This document shows, one piece after another, positions 10,232-20,149 of a DNA stretch of 64,000 nucleotides. The position numbers and the translations under genes were made by a program. The stretch covers positions 33,972-97,971 of the forward strand of contig JAZDPL010000089.1 of the NCBI GenBank assembly GCA_043797665.1. The letters are read 5' to 3'. The notes beneath the pieces are model-generated. The model did not search any database, was not told where the DNA came from, and saw only the letters and a list, made by a program, of their open reading frames with translations. This DNA is from Candidatus Omnitrophota bacterium (GTDB taxonomy: Bacteria; Ratteibacteria; UBA8468; MWAK01). Position 1 is the first letter of the stretch. Each line of letters opens with the position of its first letter.

Positions 10232-11568
10232 CTTTCTCTTTTTGGGGGAGAGGCGGGGTACTCACGAAGGGCGGGTTCCCTTTCCCTTGAGGGAAAGGGG
10301 TCGGGGTGAGGAGTGGCGGGACGGGAAACAAGTTTCTGGACCAGAAAAAGCGATACGCTTCGTTTGGTTGCCTGCTCTACGGTAAAGAGGAAGTTCTGAT
10401 AACGGAACTGTTCACCCTCATGAGGAATCCGGCCTAAATGTTTCAGGACAACCCCGGCTACCGTTTCTGCCCTTCCGTCTTCCTCTAAATTTAAACCTAA
10501 AATCTCGTTAGCCTTTTCAATCTCCATCTTCCCTTTAATGCGGTAGGTGTTTTCATCCACTTTATGATAATCGGCATCACCTACTTCGTGCTCGTCGGCG
10601 ATTTCGCCCACAATCTCTTCCAGGAGGTCCTCAATAGTAACCAGACCGGCGGTCCCGCCATACTCATCCATCACAATCGCCACGTGAAGTTTTCTGCGCC
10701 GGAACTCTTTCAGGAGTTCGGAAACTTTCATTAATTCCGGCACTAAAAATACCGGCCGCATTATCTGACGTACCAGCAGGTCCTTTTCGCCTTCGGCAAT
10801 TTTAGCCAGAATCTGTCTGGAATCTACGATGCCCATAATATCATCCATACTCTCCCGGTAAACCGGAAGACGGGAATGTCCCTCTTTAACCATCAAAATC
10901 AGGGTGTCAAAAACAGAGGCGTCTTCGGTAACCCCGACAATATTTATCCTTGGTTTCATTACATTGGAAACGACCGTCTCCCGGAACTCCATCACGCTGC
11001 TGAGCATCTCCCGTTCGTCTTTCGCCAGGGCTCCTTCCTCCTCGCCAATTTCTATCAACGTTCTGATTTCTTCGTTGCTGATATGGCTGGTCTGAGGTGG
11101 GAGGTGACCGCCAAAAAGGCGAATCACACCGTCGGAAATAGCGACAAAAAGTTTTACCAGCGGATTTAAAAGGTAGGAAAAAGAAAGGAGCGGCCAGATA
11201 AAGACCAAGGCTGCCTTTTCGTAGTGATGCCGGGCTAAGGTCTTGGGAACAATCTCCGCAAAGACCAGAATCAGAAGAACCATCAGTCCGGTGGCAATAC
11301 CCGCGCCCTTGTCGCCCCAGGCTTTAATCGCCAGATAGGCGGCTAAGATGGAAGCGGAAACCTCGGAGATGGTACTGCCGACGAGAAAAGTGGTCAGAAA
11401 CCGGTTCGGGTATTTCAACCAGAGGTTAAGGACTTCCGCTCGGCGGCCTTCGGATTCTATTAACGCCTTGACTTTGAGTTTGCTTAAGGAAGTAAGTGCG
11501 GTCTCAGTTGCGGAAAAGAAGGCCGACAGCCCAAAGAGGAGAATCAACCCCAGGAATGAGATTACCAT
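10228..11568 (-). CDS. CNNM/HlyC-CorC family protein (DUF21 + CBS pair + CorC_HlyC)
   Basis: Motifs [24 protein letters not shown] and [23 protein letters not shown]. Confidence 0.93.
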   Translation of the reverse strand: MVISFLGLILLFGLSAFFSATETALTSLSKLKVKALIESEGRRAEVLNLWLKYPNRFLTTFLVGSTISEVSASILAAYLAIKAWGDKGAGIATGLMVLLILVFAEIVPKTLARHHYEKAALVFIWPLLSFSYLLNPLVKLFVAISDGVIRLFGGHLPPQTSHISNEEIRTLIEIGEEEGALAKDEREMLSSVMEFRETVVSNVMKPRINIVGVTEDASVFDTLILMVKEGHSRLPVYRESMDDIMGIVDSRQILAKIAEGEKDLLVRQIMRPVFLVPELMKVSELLKEFRRRKLHVAIVMDEYGGTAGLVTIEDLLEEIVGEIADEHEVGDADYHKVDENTYRIKGKMEIEKANEILGLNLEEDGRAETVAGVVLKHLGRIPHEGEQFRYQNFLFTVEQATKRSVSLFLVQKLVSRPATPHPDPFPSREREPALREYPASPPKRER

Positions 11569-11674
11569 CAGTTACTATTATTATACTCCAAGGAAGGCAT
11601 CCTTGTAAAGATTACCGTTGCAAAACAATATTTTTCTTACGGTAAAAGGTTTCCCCTTAAGGGTACGCTGTCTT

Positions 11675-11971
11675 TTACGGATGAGGAGTAATCGTCACAA
11701 CTACGATCTCGCCTTTCTCTTGCCCGTAATAGAAAAAAATCCTATGCGCGGCAGGAGTATCTTGTTCGGCATAAGATTCGAAAACTTTTTCTCCATCAGG
11801 ACCTTTAAACGAAGAAAATTCGTGCGTCTGCAGGCCGGGATGGCGCGGATTCTCCTGTAGAAACTTAAGCGATTTGGACACCGTTTTAAAACGCTTCTCA
11901 AGGTGATGGTCATCCTTGAGTTCTTTGAGGTTGGCTTTAGCGGTTGGCGTAAAACTCAAGAAGAATCTCAT
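11675..11971 (-). CDS. RelE/ParE-like toxin
   Basis: 98-aa basic protein with NPRHPGLQTH and a C-terminal ITPHP. It overlaps the upstream small gene by 4 bp. Confidence 0.7.
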   Translation of the reverse strand: MRFFLSFTPTAKANLKELKDDHHLEKRFKTVSKSLKFLQENPRHPGLQTHEFSSFKGPDGEKVFESYAEQDTPAAHRIFFYYGQEKGEIVVVTITPHP

Positions 11972-12279
11972 AGTCTATCCAAAAAAGATTCCAGGTCATC
12001 TACACGCTCGGTTTTCCCTTCCCGTGCTTCTTTAAGCCCCTTGCGGACCCTTCCGACAACTTCAGGATTATTATATACCCATGCTTCACTGCTGGGGATA
12101 GATACAGTCGGCCTTAACAAGATATCTCCGTTTTTGCCGACAAAAATCCGGTACGCCTCTACGCTCATCCGCTTGCCCATTAGTTTTTTCAACCTACCAC
12201 CTAACGTAATCCGGTTTTTAGAATCCAGCACTTTTGTATGATACGGAAAAAACTCCTCATGTATCTCGAGTGTTTTCAT
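11968..12279 (-). CDS. AbrB/MraZ-like antitoxin
   Basis: LDSKNRITLG motif and an EAW..NPEV..GLKEAREGK tail. It is paired with the toxin, and GTGGGAA direct repeats lie upstream (12316-12346). Confidence 0.7.
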   Translation of the reverse strand: MKTLEIHEEFFPYHTKVLDSKNRITLGGRLKKLMGKRMSVEAYRIFVGKNGDILLRPTVSIPSSEAWVYNNPEVVGRVRKGLKEAREGKTERVDDLESFLDRL

Positions 12280-12421
12280 GTTTTTTTCTCCTTTCCAGTT
12301 AAAGCATACACTATTGTGGGAATATTGTCAAGTGGGAAAGTGGGAAATTTATTGTTACCCTGAGATTTATGGTAAAATTGAAATACGGAAATTTGTGCAT
12401 CTCTTACAGGGAGGTTTACCA

Positions 12422-13501
12422 ATGACTATCGGGATTCCGAAAGAGGTCAAGGTAGAGGAGTACCGGGTGGGAATTCTGCCTGATACGGTTTCGCTCCTTG
12501 CCCAAAAGGGGCATCAGGTACTGGTGGGAAAATCCGCCGGGTTGGGCGCCGGAATCAGGGATGAGGATTACGAGCGCGCCGGTGCGGAAATTGTATCAGA
12601 AGCAAGCCGGATTTACCGGAGAAGCGAATTGGTGGTAAAGGTTAAAGAACCGCAGCCCGCCGAATACCAACTTCTTCACGAAGGACAGATTGTCTTTACT
12701 TTCTTCCACTTCGCCGCAAATTTAGAGATGACCAAGGTTCTTCTGGAAAAAAAGGTAGACTGTATCGCTTACGAACTGGTAGAAAAGAATGGTTGTTTGC
12801 CCATCCTTACACCGATGAGCGAAATTGCCGGACGTCTGGCTCCCCAGCAAACCGCCAAATACTTAGAAAAGGAGTACGGCGGTAAAGGGGTCTTATTGAG
12901 CGGTGCTACCGGTGTAAAACCGGGCAAGGTGGTAATAATCGGCGGCGGTGTGGTCGGTTTTAATGCCGCAACGATTTCTGCCGGATTAGGTGCACAGGTG
13001 GTAATTCTGGAAATAAACGAAAAAAAGATAAAATACTTGAAGAAAAATTTACCTGCGAATTGCAAGGTGGTCCCCTCCAGCCGTGAAAATATCAAAAAAG
13101 AAACAAAAGATGCGGATGCGGTCATCGGAGCGGTCTTAATTTCCGGCGCACGGTCGCCGATTCTTTTAAAACGGGAAGACCTGAAAGAAATGGAACCCGG
13201 CACGGTGCTGATTGACGTGGCAATTGATCAGGGAGGCTGTTTTGAAACCAGCCGGCCAACCACGCACCGGAACCCGGTATATTTACTGGATGGCATTGTC
13301 CATTACTGTGTGGCAAATATGCCCGGCGGCGTTCCCAGAACGTCTACCTATGCCCTTTCTTATGCTACGGCACCTTATGTCTTACTCTTAGCAGAAAAAG
13401 GGAACCGAACGACTGAGCAAAATCCAGATTTGAAGAAGGGTCTGGCTATTCACAACGGGAAAATAGTTGCCAAATCTCTATCCGAAATTCTTAGCTCATA
13501 G
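12422..13501 (+). CDS. ald: Alanine dehydrogenase
   Basis: Motifs IGIPKEVK, PMSEIAGR, GGGVVG, DVAIDQGGCFETS and VANMPG. The start was moved to the ATG after an AGGAGG ribosome-binding site. Confidence 0.96.
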   Translation: MTIGIPKEVKVEEYRVGILPDTVSLLAQKGHQVLVGKSAGLGAGIRDEDYERAGAEIVSEASRIYRRSELVVKVKEPQPAEYQLLHEGQIVFTFFHFAANLEMTKVLLEKKVDCIAYELVEKNGCLPILTPMSEIAGRLAPQQTAKYLEKEYGGKGVLLSGATGVKPGKVVIIGGGVVGFNAATISAGLGAQVVILEINEKKIKYLKKNLPANCKVVPSSRENIKKETKDADAVIGAVLISGARSPILLKREDLKEMEPGTVLIDVAIDQGGCFETSRPTTHRNPVYLLDGIVHYCVANMPGGVPRTSTYALSYATAPYVLLLAEKGNRTTEQNPDLKKGLAIHNGKIVAKSLSEILSS

Positions 13502-13518
13502 TCAAAAGAAATTTTATT

Positions 13519-15228
13519 ATGATTAGAATCGGGTTGGCCCAGATTAACGCTACCGTCGGAGACATCCCCGGAAACGAGGCAAAGATTCTCCGGTACATCT
13601 CTGAAGCGCAGAGGGCGGGCGTGGATATCGTTGCCTTTCCGGAGATGGCTTTAACCGGTTACCCTCCGGAAGACCTGCTCTTTAAATCCGGTTTTATTGA
13701 AGCCAACCTGAACGCCCTGGCCCGAATCGCAAAGAAAACCAGAGATATCGTTGCGGTAACAGGTTTTATCGACCGGAAGGACGACCTTTATAATTCCGCG
13801 GCGGTCATCGCCGGCGGTAAGGTACGGGCAATCTACCACAAACGCTTTCTACCCAACTACAGCGTCTTTGACGAAGAGAGGTACTTTAAGGCGGGACAGG
13901 GAAACCTTATCTGTAAGTCCGGCAGCCTTACCTTTGGAATCAATATCTGCGAGGATATCTGGCATCCGGCCGGACCGATGGCGGAACAGGTATCTGCGGG
14001 AAGCCAGTTAATAATCAATATCTCTGCCTCACCCTACCAGTACGGCAAGGTCAAATACAAGGAAAGGATGCTGGCCGGCAGGACCGCAGACTATGCGGTC
14101 TTTCTCGCCTACGTTAACCTGGTGGGCGGTCAGGACGAACTGGTCTTTGACGGTCAGAGTGTGGTCTTTGACCCGGAAGGCAAGCTTATCGCCCGGGCAA
14201 AATCTTTCTCAGAAGATTTACTCATCGTTGATATTGAACCGGACCGGCTCTTAAAACGCAGGGTCCGGGAACCCAGGCTCCGGAAAGGGATGCCCTCACG
14301 GAATGCTGTTCCGGTTATCGCTCTTCCGGAAAAAAGAACAAAATCTCATTTTCCTAAACCTAAACCCGGGATAGAAAAACACCTGCCGAAAGCAGCGGAA
14401 GTCTACCGGGCGCTCCTTACCGGAACCAAAGATTACGTTGAGAAGAACGGTTTCAAAAAGGTAATCATCGGACTTTCCGGCGGTATTGACTCAGCGCTTA
14501 CCGCCACGATTGCGGTTGACTGCTTAGGAAAAGAACGGGTGGTCGGCCTCTTTATGCCCGGCCGGTATTCTGCGGAAATCAGTGGAAACGATTCCAGGCA
14601 ACTGGCTAAGAACTTAGGGATTGGGGTTCACGTCATACCTATTGAAGAAGTCTTCGAGTCATACCTGAAGACGCTAAAAAAACCGTTTGCGAACGCCAAA
14701 CCGGACATAACCGAGGAGAATCTACAGGCGCGTATCCGGGGTAACTTCATCATGGCTTTCTCAAACAAATACGGCTATTTAGTCCTGACCACCGGCAACA
14801 AGAGCGAAATCGCCACCGGATACTGTACGCTGTACGGAGATATGGCGGGAGGCTTTGCGGTTATTAAGGACATTCCCAAAACGCTGGTCTACAGTCTGGC
14901 GGAATACCGCAACAAAATCTCGCCGGTCATCCCCAACCGTATCCTCACCCGGCCGCCTACCGCAGAATTACGACCGGACCAGAAGGACAGCGATACCCTT
15001 CCGGAATATCCGGTCTTAGACCCGATTCTCAAAGCCTACGTTGAGGAAAACCTCTCACCGGGAGAGATTATTAAAAAAGGTCATCCGGAGAATTTGGTGC
15101 GGAAGGTCATCCGGATGGTTGACCGGAACGAATACAAACGCAGACAGGCTCCGCCGGGCATCAGAATTACCGGCCGGGCTTTCGGAAAGGACTGGCGCCT
15201 GCCCATCACCAACGCCTTCCGTCAGTAA
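13519..15228 (+). CDS. nadE: Glutamine-dependent NAD+ synthetase
   Basis: It has a nitrilase domain (FPEM, K, ICEDIW) and the synthetase motifs GLSGGIDS, ENLQAR and EYKRRQAPPG. Confidence 0.97.
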   Translation: MIRIGLAQINATVGDIPGNEAKILRYISEAQRAGVDIVAFPEMALTGYPPEDLLFKSGFIEANLNALARIAKKTRDIVAVTGFIDRKDDLYNSAAVIAGGKVRAIYHKRFLPNYSVFDEERYFKAGQGNLICKSGSLTFGINICEDIWHPAGPMAEQVSAGSQLIINISASPYQYGKVKYKERMLAGRTADYAVFLAYVNLVGGQDELVFDGQSVVFDPEGKLIARAKSFSEDLLIVDIEPDRLLKRRVREPRLRKGMPSRNAVPVIALPEKRTKSHFPKPKPGIEKHLPKAAEVYRALLTGTKDYVEKNGFKKVIIGLSGGIDSALTATIAVDCLGKERVVGLFMPGRYSAEISGNDSRQLAKNLGIGVHVIPIEEVFESYLKTLKKPFANAKPDITEENLQARIRGNFIMAFSNKYGYLVLTTGNKSEIATGYCTLYGDMAGGFAVIKDIPKTLVYSLAEYRNKISPVIPNRILTRPPTAELRPDQKDSDTLPEYPVLDPILKAYVEENLSPGEIIKKGHPENLVRKVIRMVDRNEYKRRQAPPGIRITGRAFGKDWRLPITNAFRQ

Positions 15229-15462
15229 ACTCCTCGGTTATTTAGCCTCGAGAAACCTTTCCCGAGCACGGGTTCCCTTTCCATCGGATTGGAAAGGGGT
15301 TTGCGATGCGGCAATCCGACGTGCTGAATCGTATTGTCATGTCATCCTGAGTGTAACAAGGGTACCCTTACCGTTGAATCGGTAAGGGAGGATCTAAGGG
15401 ATAGATTCTTCCCCTTCGCTTCGCTCAAGGGTCAGAATGACATAATATGTCGGATTTTTATT

Positions 15463-16668
15463 CTACCTCAGGCGGGTGAGAATGCTGGATTTATGTTCCG
15501 GCAAGCCTTCCAAATCCGCTAACGCCGAGATGTCCTCCGCCCACTCTTTCAAACCAGACTTATTCCACTTCAGCCGGGCAAAAGAACGTAAGAAAGTCAA
15601 GGCGGAAAGACCGGAAAACGAGGCCGCGGTCCCGCTGGTAGGCAGGATATGGCTGGGACCCGCCAAATAATCACCAAGCGCTACCGGCGTGTATCCGCCG
15701 ATGAAGATGGCGCCTGCGCTCTTAATCTTTCCGGCAAATTTTTCTGCTTTATCCGCCATCACCACCAGATGTTCCGGCGCAATCATCTCAATCAAGCTGA
15801 GAGCCTTTTCCCTTTCCGCATAGATGGCAAATCCTTCTACTCCGGCGCCGGCAATCTTTTCCAGAAGCCGCCGGTCCGTTGTAACCAGAACAGCCAGACC
15901 GCTGCGGTGCTCAGCCTGACTGGCTAACTCTGCCTTAACAAAAGCCGGCTCTGCGGTTTTATCCGCAAAGACCACCACCTCGCTGGGACCAGCCGGACAG
16001 TCCAAATCAACGATGCCGTAAAGGAGCCTTTTGGCTGCCGAGACATATTCATTGCCCGGACCGACAATCTTGGCAACCTTAGGAATCCCGCCGGCGCCAA
16101 AAGCTAACGCTGCGATCGCCTGGGCGCCTCCGATTTTATATATTTCCGTAACCCCCAGAAAGGCAGCGGTTGCCACCACCGCTCTATTGGCTTGACCATC
16201 CTTACCCGGTGGAGTAGCAATAACGATTCTCTTTACGCCGGCGACCTGGGCCGGAACCACCGCCATCAGAACCGTGGAGACCAGAGGCGCGGTACCGGCC
16301 GGTATATAAACTCCAACCGGTTCAACCGGCACGTAGAGCCGTTCCATCTTACCGGACCGCTCGACAATACTAAATCCCTTCGGAACCTCCTTCTCCGCAA
16401 ACCTTCTGATACGTCCGGCAGACCTTTCCAACCGCTGCCGCCATTCCCGGCTAAGAAACGCCTTCTTCGCCCCGGCAATCTCCCGGCGGGAAACCCGGAA
16501 GTCAGCAATCTCAACACCATCGTAGGTTCTGGTCAGTTCCCGTAAAGCAGCCTCACCATCTTTCTTAACCCGGCTGATAATCTCCGCTACCAAACCTTCC
16601 ACTCGGGGAAAGAGCTCACGGCGTACCGCCAGAATTATTAACAGTTCTTTCGAACTCACCACTCGCAT
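15463..16668 (-). CDS. hisD: Histidinol dehydrogenase
   Basis: Motifs GGAQAIAALAFG, KIVGPGNEYV, AGPSE, QAEH, APEHL and GDYLAGPSHILPT. The start is placed downstream of the REP at 16684-16741. Confidence 0.95.
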   Translation of the reverse strand: MRVVSSKELLIILAVRRELFPRVEGLVAEIISRVKKDGEAALRELTRTYDGVEIADFRVSRREIAGAKKAFLSREWRQRLERSAGRIRRFAEKEVPKGFSIVERSGKMERLYVPVEPVGVYIPAGTAPLVSTVLMAVVPAQVAGVKRIVIATPPGKDGQANRAVVATAAFLGVTEIYKIGGAQAIAALAFGAGGIPKVAKIVGPGNEYVSAAKRLLYGIVDLDCPAGPSEVVVFADKTAEPAFVKAELASQAEHRSGLAVLVTTDRRLLEKIAGAGVEGFAIYAEREKALSLIEMIAPEHLVVMADKAEKFAGKIKSAGAIFIGGYTPVALGDYLAGPSHILPTSGTAASFSGLSALTFLRSFARLKWNKSGLKEWAEDISALADLEGLPEHKSSILTRLR

Positions 16669-16683
16669 TGTAATATCCTTTTT

Positions 16684-16741
16684 TGTAGGGGTTCGATTCA
16701 TCGAACCCGATTCTTTCGGGTCGCATAAATGCGACCCCTAC
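16684..16741. repeat. GTAGGGG...CCCCTAC REP-like doublet, supplying the stop codon of the UroD-like gene
   Basis: Sequence gtaggggttcgattcatcgaacccg...cgggtcgcataaatgcgacccctac. Related copies lie at 10091, 23854, 52324, 56544 and 57365. Confidence 0.85.
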
Positions 16742-17811
16742 GCCTCTCGGCAGGCGGTGACGAATGCCTCAATATTTTCTATCGGAACCTCTGGTTCCAG
16801 AACATGGGTGGGTGCCAGAATAAGTGCACCGTCGTAACCCAAGTCTCTTTTACGCTCCCTCACTACCTTTTTCACCTCTTCCGGAGAACCGAACGGCATC
16901 GTAGACTGGGTACCGATGGTACCTTCAAAAACCAGCAGATTGCCATATCGTTTCTTTACCTCCAGCAAGTTAAGGCATTCCGGCTGGAGCGGGTTCAGGA
17001 TAGTAACGCCAATCTCAACCAGTTCCGGAATGATATCCCGGACGTTACCGTCGCTGTGGTACCAGATCTGGATATCCGGTTTTATCTGACGGGCTGCAGT
17101 ATAGACCTTAGCCCAGCGTTTTTTCATAATCTGGCGCCAGACCCCTGGTGAAAACATCAGACCCCGCTGGTTGGCAACGTCATCACCGGTAATAAGGACA
17201 TCAACGCCGGCTCTGGCGGCAGCGGTTGCTATCTTCAAATTACGTTCTGTCAGCCGGTCCAGAATATATTCGCACCATTCCGGTCTTTCCACGGTATCCA
17301 TCAAAAACTCTTCGTAGCCTCTGATCTGCCAGGCGCTTTCGTACATATGTCCGACCCAGCAGGAAGACACTTTTCCCTGCCGGTGTACTTCGGTAACCTT
17401 CTCCTTCATTCCGGTCTCATCAAATCCCCGGGCAACCGGAAAAGGAAACTTCTCTAATTCCAGAAAAGTCTTTGCGTTCCGCAGAGGGCTGATATATCCG
17501 GTAAAGTGATAGAACTTCGCCGGAATTTCCAGGACACCTAATTCGTTAATAAAAAAACCTTCCGGCTTTTCCACACCTTCAAAATAGGCTGAAAAGTCCG
17601 GTTTCGAAACCTCCGGTTCCTTCGGCTGAATTACAGCCGGCGCATACATCCCGAAGTATTCCGCGATACCCGCCTCAGGCTTAAGGTGATATCTCTCCCG
17701 AATCCGGCGTTCCAGGTCCGGGGTAAAACTGGCGCAAAAGAGGAAATCCTGGTGCGGTTCGTGCTTCACGGTCGCCCGAAAAATCTCCAGATGTGTCATC
17801 GCCATTTCCAC
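16738..17811 (-). CDS. Uroporphyrinogen decarboxylase (URO-D/MtaA-CmuA) family protein
   Basis: Motifs GDDVANQRGLMFSP, YHSDG, ILNPLQPE, GTIGTQ and ILAPTH. Confidence 0.85.
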   Translation of the reverse strand: MEMAMTHLEIFRATVKHEPHQDFLFCASFTPDLERRIRERYHLKPEAGIAEYFGMYAPAVIQPKEPEVSKPDFSAYFEGVEKPEGFFINELGVLEIPAKFYHFTGYISPLRNAKTFLELEKFPFPVARGFDETGMKEKVTEVHRQGKVSSCWVGHMYESAWQIRGYEEFLMDTVERPEWCEYILDRLTERNLKIATAAARAGVDVLITGDDVANQRGLMFSPGVWRQIMKKRWAKVYTAARQIKPDIQIWYHSDGNVRDIIPELVEIGVTILNPLQPECLNLLEVKKRYGNLLVFEGTIGTQSTMPFGSPEEVKKVVRERKRDLGYDGALILAPTHVLEPEVPIENIEAFVTACREA

Positions 17812-17850
17812 ACTCCTCCCCGAATAAGTATATCACACCCCAAATGTAAG

Positions 17851-18072
17851 TTAAATCTTAATCTCAATAATTTTTTGGCGGTTCCTTTCGCCTTTGACTA
17901 TGCGAATATCCTTCTTTTTCAACCCAAAATATTCCGATAAAACCTCAACTGCCGCCTTATTTGCCTTGCCATCCATTGCCGGCGCGGTCACATACACCTT
18001 GAGCCGGTTCTCTTCCGTTATCACCTTATCCTTGTGCGCGTTAGGAATGACCTTTATCTCTACCCGTCTCAT
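17851..18072 (-). CDS. DUF167/YggU family protein
   Basis: Motifs IKVIPNA and VTAPAMDGKAN. Confidence 0.9.
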   Translation of the reverse strand: MRRVEIKVIPNAHKDKVITEENRLKVYVTAPAMDGKANKAAVEVLSEYFGLKKKDIRIVKGERNRQKIIEIKI

Positions 18073-18149
18073 TAGAAACTATTTATTTTATCATTAAACC
18101 TCAATTTTTGAAAATAGAAAACTACTGATTTTAGTTTTTCTTTAGTAGG

Positions 18150-18179
18150 TTGACCTTAAAACGCAGGAAGAAGTACAAT
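18150..18179 (+). promoter_or_regulatory. Repeated sigma70-like promoter module (TTGACC-N18-TACAAT)
   Basis: Near-identical copies, including the spacer, at 23393, 31075 and 46718. Confidence 0.75.
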
Positions 18180-18195
18180 TTGTAAGGCAGAAAGA

Positions 18196-19971
18196 ATGAA
18201 GAAGATTAAACCGTCTAAAAGGCAAAAGAAAATATCAGAAAAATCCCTCCTTACGCAAAATATTCCCAGGAAAAAATACCTGAAAACCCTCATTTTAATA
18301 GTCGTTGTTGGAATTGCTGTCTACATCAATACCTTTGGCAATGAATTTGTTTGGGATGATAAATTTCTCATAACTGGAAATCCCCATATTAAAATCTGGC
18401 ATAGTATCAGCGATATTTTTAAAATGGAACTCTTTCACGGTAAAGGACCACAGGGTAATTTCTACCGACCTTTGCAGACATTGTCCTATATGGTTGATTA
18501 TTCCTTATGGCAGATCAAACCTTTGGGATACCATATTACCAATCTCTGCGGGCACATTTTAAACGCTTTGCTTATCTTTTTTATCGTCAATGTGATATCA
18601 AAAAGCAGGCCGGTCTCTTTAATCACCAGCCTCTTATTTATCGTTCACCCCATTCATACACAGGCTGTTACCTATATCGCAGGAAGGGCAGACCTGCTGG
18701 CAGCTTTCTTTTTTCTGTTATCCTTTCTTTTCTTTATCCGATATACGGATTATCCCGGCAAGAAGAGAATCGGCATTTATCTCGGTTCTCTTCTTGCTTT
18801 TATCCTTGCCCTCTTATCCAAGGAGACAACCCTTATTTTGCCCCTGCTCTTAATCCTCTGGTATCTTTCTTTCCGGCAGGAATGCGCATATCCTGTATCA
18901 CGTGTCGCATATCAGATATCGCCTTTTTTCCTTATTGCTGTGGTCTATATTGCCTTAAGAATTTTTGTTCTGAATTTTAGTGGGAGATCAATTCTGACCA
19001 GTTCTACTAATCTCTATCTGAGACTTCTCACGATGAGTAAGGTTACTATTGCCTATCTTGGGCTGCTCTTTTTACCCCTAAACCTGCATATGGAGCGAAC
19101 CATACCTTTCGCCACCTCTTTCTTTAATTTACCGGTCTTAATCTCCATGATCCTCTTAATATCCATTTGGATAATCACGGCTAAATTCTATAAACATTCC
19201 CGGGTCATCTTCTTTGCCTCTTTCTGGTTCTTCTTAACCCTGCTTCCAGTATCAAATATTATCCCCTTAAATGCTGTGATGGCAGAACACTGGTTATATA
19301 TTCCTTCCATCGGTTTCTTTTTCCTTTTGGCGCTGGGGATAGTCAAGATGACTCAACTAAAAATACCCGCATTTTCACCGGACATCTTAAGGAGAGTAAC
19401 AACCTCATCCTTTGTGTTGATACTTCTCTTTTATTCCGGCCTTACCATCCGACGCAATACTGATTGGAAGGATGAGTTGACTTTCTATCAAAAGACATTA
19501 AGGAGCGCGCCTGGCAGTGCCAGAGTGCACAATAATCTGGGAATGGTTTACGTCAAAAAAGGCTTATACGACGAGGCGATAAGAGAATATCAAGCGGCCT
19601 TAAGGATCGATCCGAATCACAGCAGAACTCATTATAACCTGGGAAATCTTTATGATGAAAAAGGCTTATACGATGAGGCGGTAAAAGAGTATCGGGAGGC
19701 TTTAAGAATAGACCCTGACAATAGCGGAACCCATAATAACCTGGGGGTTGTCTATGACAAGAAAGGCTTATTCAACGAGGCGGTAAAAGAGTATCAGGAG
19801 GCTTTACGGATGGACCCGAACAGCAAAGAATCTCATTATAATCTGGGGGCTATTTGTGATGAAAAAGGCTTGTACGATGAGGCGGTAAAAGAGTATCAAG
19901 CGGTCTTAAGAATAGACCCTAACTACCGCGATACTCGCAAGAAACTGGAAAGTGTTTATCAAAAAAGGTAG
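18196..19971 (+). CDS. TMTC-like membrane glycosyltransferase with C-terminal TPRs
   Basis: Motifs FVWDD, YRPL, YHITN, HPIHTQAVTYIAGR, SKE and AEHWLY, followed by tandem 34-aa TPRs. Confidence 0.85.
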   Translation: MKKIKPSKRQKKISEKSLLTQNIPRKKYLKTLILIVVVGIAVYINTFGNEFVWDDKFLITGNPHIKIWHSISDIFKMELFHGKGPQGNFYRPLQTLSYMVDYSLWQIKPLGYHITNLCGHILNALLIFFIVNVISKSRPVSLITSLLFIVHPIHTQAVTYIAGRADLLAAFFFLLSFLFFIRYTDYPGKKRIGIYLGSLLAFILALLSKETTLILPLLLILWYLSFRQECAYPVSRVAYQISPFFLIAVVYIALRIFVLNFSGRSILTSSTNLYLRLLTMSKVTIAYLGLLFLPLNLHMERTIPFATSFFNLPVLISMILLISIWIITAKFYKHSRVIFFASFWFFLTLLPVSNIIPLNAVMAEHWLYIPSIGFFFLLALGIVKMTQLKIPAFSPDILRRVTTSSFVLILLFYSGLTIRRNTDWKDELTFYQKTLRSAPGSARVHNNLGMVYVKKGLYDEAIREYQAALRIDPNHSRTHYNLGNLYDEKGLYDEAVKEYREALRIDPDNSGTHNNLGVVYDKKGLFNEAVKEYQEALRMDPNSKESHYNLGAICDEKGLYDEAVKEYQAVLRIDPNYRDTRKKLESVYQKR

Positions 19972-20149
19972 GTGGGCATCCTTTCCCTGACATCGCTACG
20001 GCGGCAATGCTCCGCCTCGTGGACAACGTTAGAACAATGCGTTCCGGACTATTCTCTCCTCGTAGACACGGGGTTTCGTGAAGCGGAGGAGAGGATGGGG
20101 AAGCGGAAGGTTCCGAACTGTTCTTCTCGTTAACACAGCGTGCATTTTG